Positions 61,523 to 64,000 of a stretch of DNA of 64,000 bases are shown piece by piece. Position 1 is the first letter of the stretch. Each line of letters begins with the position of its first letter. The notes under the pieces are model-generated. The model was not told where the DNA came from, searched no databases, and saw nothing but the letters and a program-made list of their open reading frames with translations. The DNA lies in assembly GCA_903813345.2 (NCBI GenBank), contig CAIIXF020000001.1, positions 44,330,001-44,394,000 on the forward strand, written 5' to 3'. The DNA comes from Owenia fusiformis. Lineage: Eukaryota. A program made the translations under genes and the position numbers.

Positions 61523-64000
61523 AAACTGGGTAATTCAGATATCAAACTGATGTTATAAGCTTTTTTTTTATTTTTGGCCAAAATTTCGACCTAAAATTTT
61601 TTGTCTGCGTATGCTGTTAACTTTTGGTCTATGCCTCAAAACATGTGAGGTAAAATGAAACTAGATCTACATATTTGATTGTATATTTTTAACAAATCTA
61701 GCTAAAACCTAATTTGTCGTGTCTACTAGTGCTCCAAACGGTAGTGAAAACTTGTGCTGGTATTGCCGGGAATCAATACCTTACTGTGACCAAATACCAT
61801 GATTTTTTGGTTCATATTCGTGAATCCACACATTCTGTAGACTTTTGGGGATGAATTTGGTCCCTATTTCATACAAGCATGGTTTATGGCCATGATTTAT
61901 CAATGTCATACCAGATTATCAATAATTCCTGCATTGAATTAAGACATCTACAGCCAGATATTTAATGTAATCATTTCTCAAAGGACTTGTCTCAGTTTGG
62001 AGAACGAAGTTCATCAATCTGCTGCATGTTACGCCTGCTTTGGACAATTTTGATACTTTTACATCTTGTAGATTTATCCCCCAATAAAAATAAATAAAAA
62101 AAACAGATAAACATGTGCCATGAGTTTTATGCTACTGGGCATGATGAAACGCCAGTGTCATATACATAAAGATTAAAGTCCTTTTGGGGAAATCTAAGAA
62201 TAAATGTAAATTAGATAACAGATTTAAATTATGAATTTGTAAGACTTAATTGGCTCTTTATCACAATCATAACATCAGATCTGTATATGACTTTTATATG
62301 TTGGTTATAACATCCGAGTCTGGTGCCTGGATGTACCAATAGATGGAGGAACTCTGACTGTTGAAATAAGTTAGATAACATGCAAAAATTGCTACTAAAA
62401 ATGAAAATTTCCACGTACTGGAATTCCAGAATTTACGGAGTTCCTTTGGTAATGTAACCATACTGATAAACATATTTAATGACCAATCAGATAACATTGT
62501 GAATTTCCACGTTTGTTCAAGATTTAGATAATCAATTTCGACGAAAATAATTCAACCAGTCAGCACAATCTTGCAATTAGCACATAAAGCAGTGGATTGA
62601 GGGCTTCTTCGTTGGTAATTAGTAGGTACTGTAGGTGAATATGTGGTAAGGCTCAACATGCAAAAAGGTCCAGGAGGGTCTTTCCTATCGCAACATCCTT
62701 CTTTAATGACCAACTTTGATCAGAATTTTGAAAATGAAAATTTTAGATCAATTTGAGGAAAGAGTCCCAAAGAGAAAGGAAGCACTTCCAGGGTTTTTGG
62801 GTGCAAATCTCTCAAATGGATACATCACCCAGTTGCCTCAATTCATAGTGATCATCTTGCCTTGTAAACTGAACACACCTGCATACCATTGTTTGACCTT
62901 AAGGAACAGTTTGAAAGGTATCAGGTTGTTGCCCTAACTATAAATATCTTACTGTTAGTAATCACTGCCTAATATGAGAAATTTGTTTTTAACATTTTCT
63001 TCAGAATTTACTCAGATAAGATAGGCACTACTGTGAAGATTAAGAGTTTTAAGCAGCAAGCAGATATACTTATATAATAAAGGGCCAGTATCGGTAATAC
63101 TAATCCTAAATTACACCACATCTTTCAATCATAATGATATGTAACCTGCACCATCAATAGACTGTTATTTGCTAAAGTTTGAAACTGTTTCTACTGAAGA
63201 ATCTGTATTAATTTAACTATTTGTGCTGTTGGTACTTGATATTTTCAGATTTTCAGTCTTGATAGTGCAAAATACAGGTCAGAATGAATTAAAAAAAAAT
63301 ATTTGGGATTATTTAGATTCAGAATTGTAGATCCTTTAAGATGAAATTGCTCAGTCATTTTGTAATCTAAGACGGAAAAACATTTGCTATAGCAACTGAA
63401 TGGATGAGTAAGTGACATTTAGTTAACATGAACCTTTTAGCAGTTGAAATTATTTCATAGCTCAAGCATTAGTAAGATAAAATAAACTGGTCATGGTGAC
63501 CTTCATTCACTGAAATATTTAGTTTATCAGAGGAAAAAGTCTTCAATACTTTAAGGTTGTTTTTTCTTAGATCTTTCTCACCCATATAACATGGCTATAT
63601 AAAAAAATAAAATGTACTCTACAATCATCAGATTTATCAAAATATACAACATCCCCTTGATGCTATTCTTATTTCATAGTTTTTACTAAAAGACATGTTC
63701 ATACTGAACATTTGTAATCATTCAACGAAAAGAATCTGTAACCATACATAACAGAATATTGATCAACATTTAAAAAAGGTATTGCAATTAGCTCCTCTGC
63801 CTAAAAATAGTTACCTAAAGCCTTCAGTAAACAATTGTCAAAACCAATAGGGGCAAAAGGGGGAAAATGGCAACATCAAAAATTGACTGTGTCCAGCCTT
63901 TTTTCACCAAAATACGTTTTCAAAAAAGGAAAACATTTTTTCATATTGATTACTTGAAAGAGACCAACAGTAGGAACAAATGGGAAAATGGCAACAATCA

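Noticed and set aside
59905..62937. Short ORFs in the LPCAT3-like intron 1
   Set aside because: No MBOAT or other recognisable motifs; they overlap repeat-like AT-rich sequence.

Overview
AT-rich, intron-rich animal genomic DNA, probably from a lophotrochozoan such as a mollusc (inferred from gene types and repeat style, not proven). It holds three spliced genes. (1) The 3' seven coding exons of an ANKRD13C-like gene (+, 1387-8172). (2) A complete laminin alpha chain of the alpha3/5 (LanA) type (-, 58215 to 12027, about 49 exon positions, all traced by GT-AG junctions and phase). (3) The first coding exon of a head-to-head LPCAT3/MBOAT5-like gene (+, 59681-59777). The most striking signal is a candidate combinatorial splicing module in the laminin LG region. 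Three homologous, frame-incompatible exons encode the end of LG2, and two alternative exons encode the end of LG3 plus the hinge. Two tandem-duplicated, symmetric 456-nt exons encoding Methyltransf_FA (FAMeT/CPAMD8-like) domains sit in frame in the LG3-LG4 hinge. The introns carry nested Helentron-type (HINE-like) elements with AGGTCA-rich satellites, a Kolobok-like element with a nested MITE, three long-hairpin elements (one with a Crypton-like ORF relic) and several MITEs and minisatellites. All family assignments are from recalled motifs; no database search was run.
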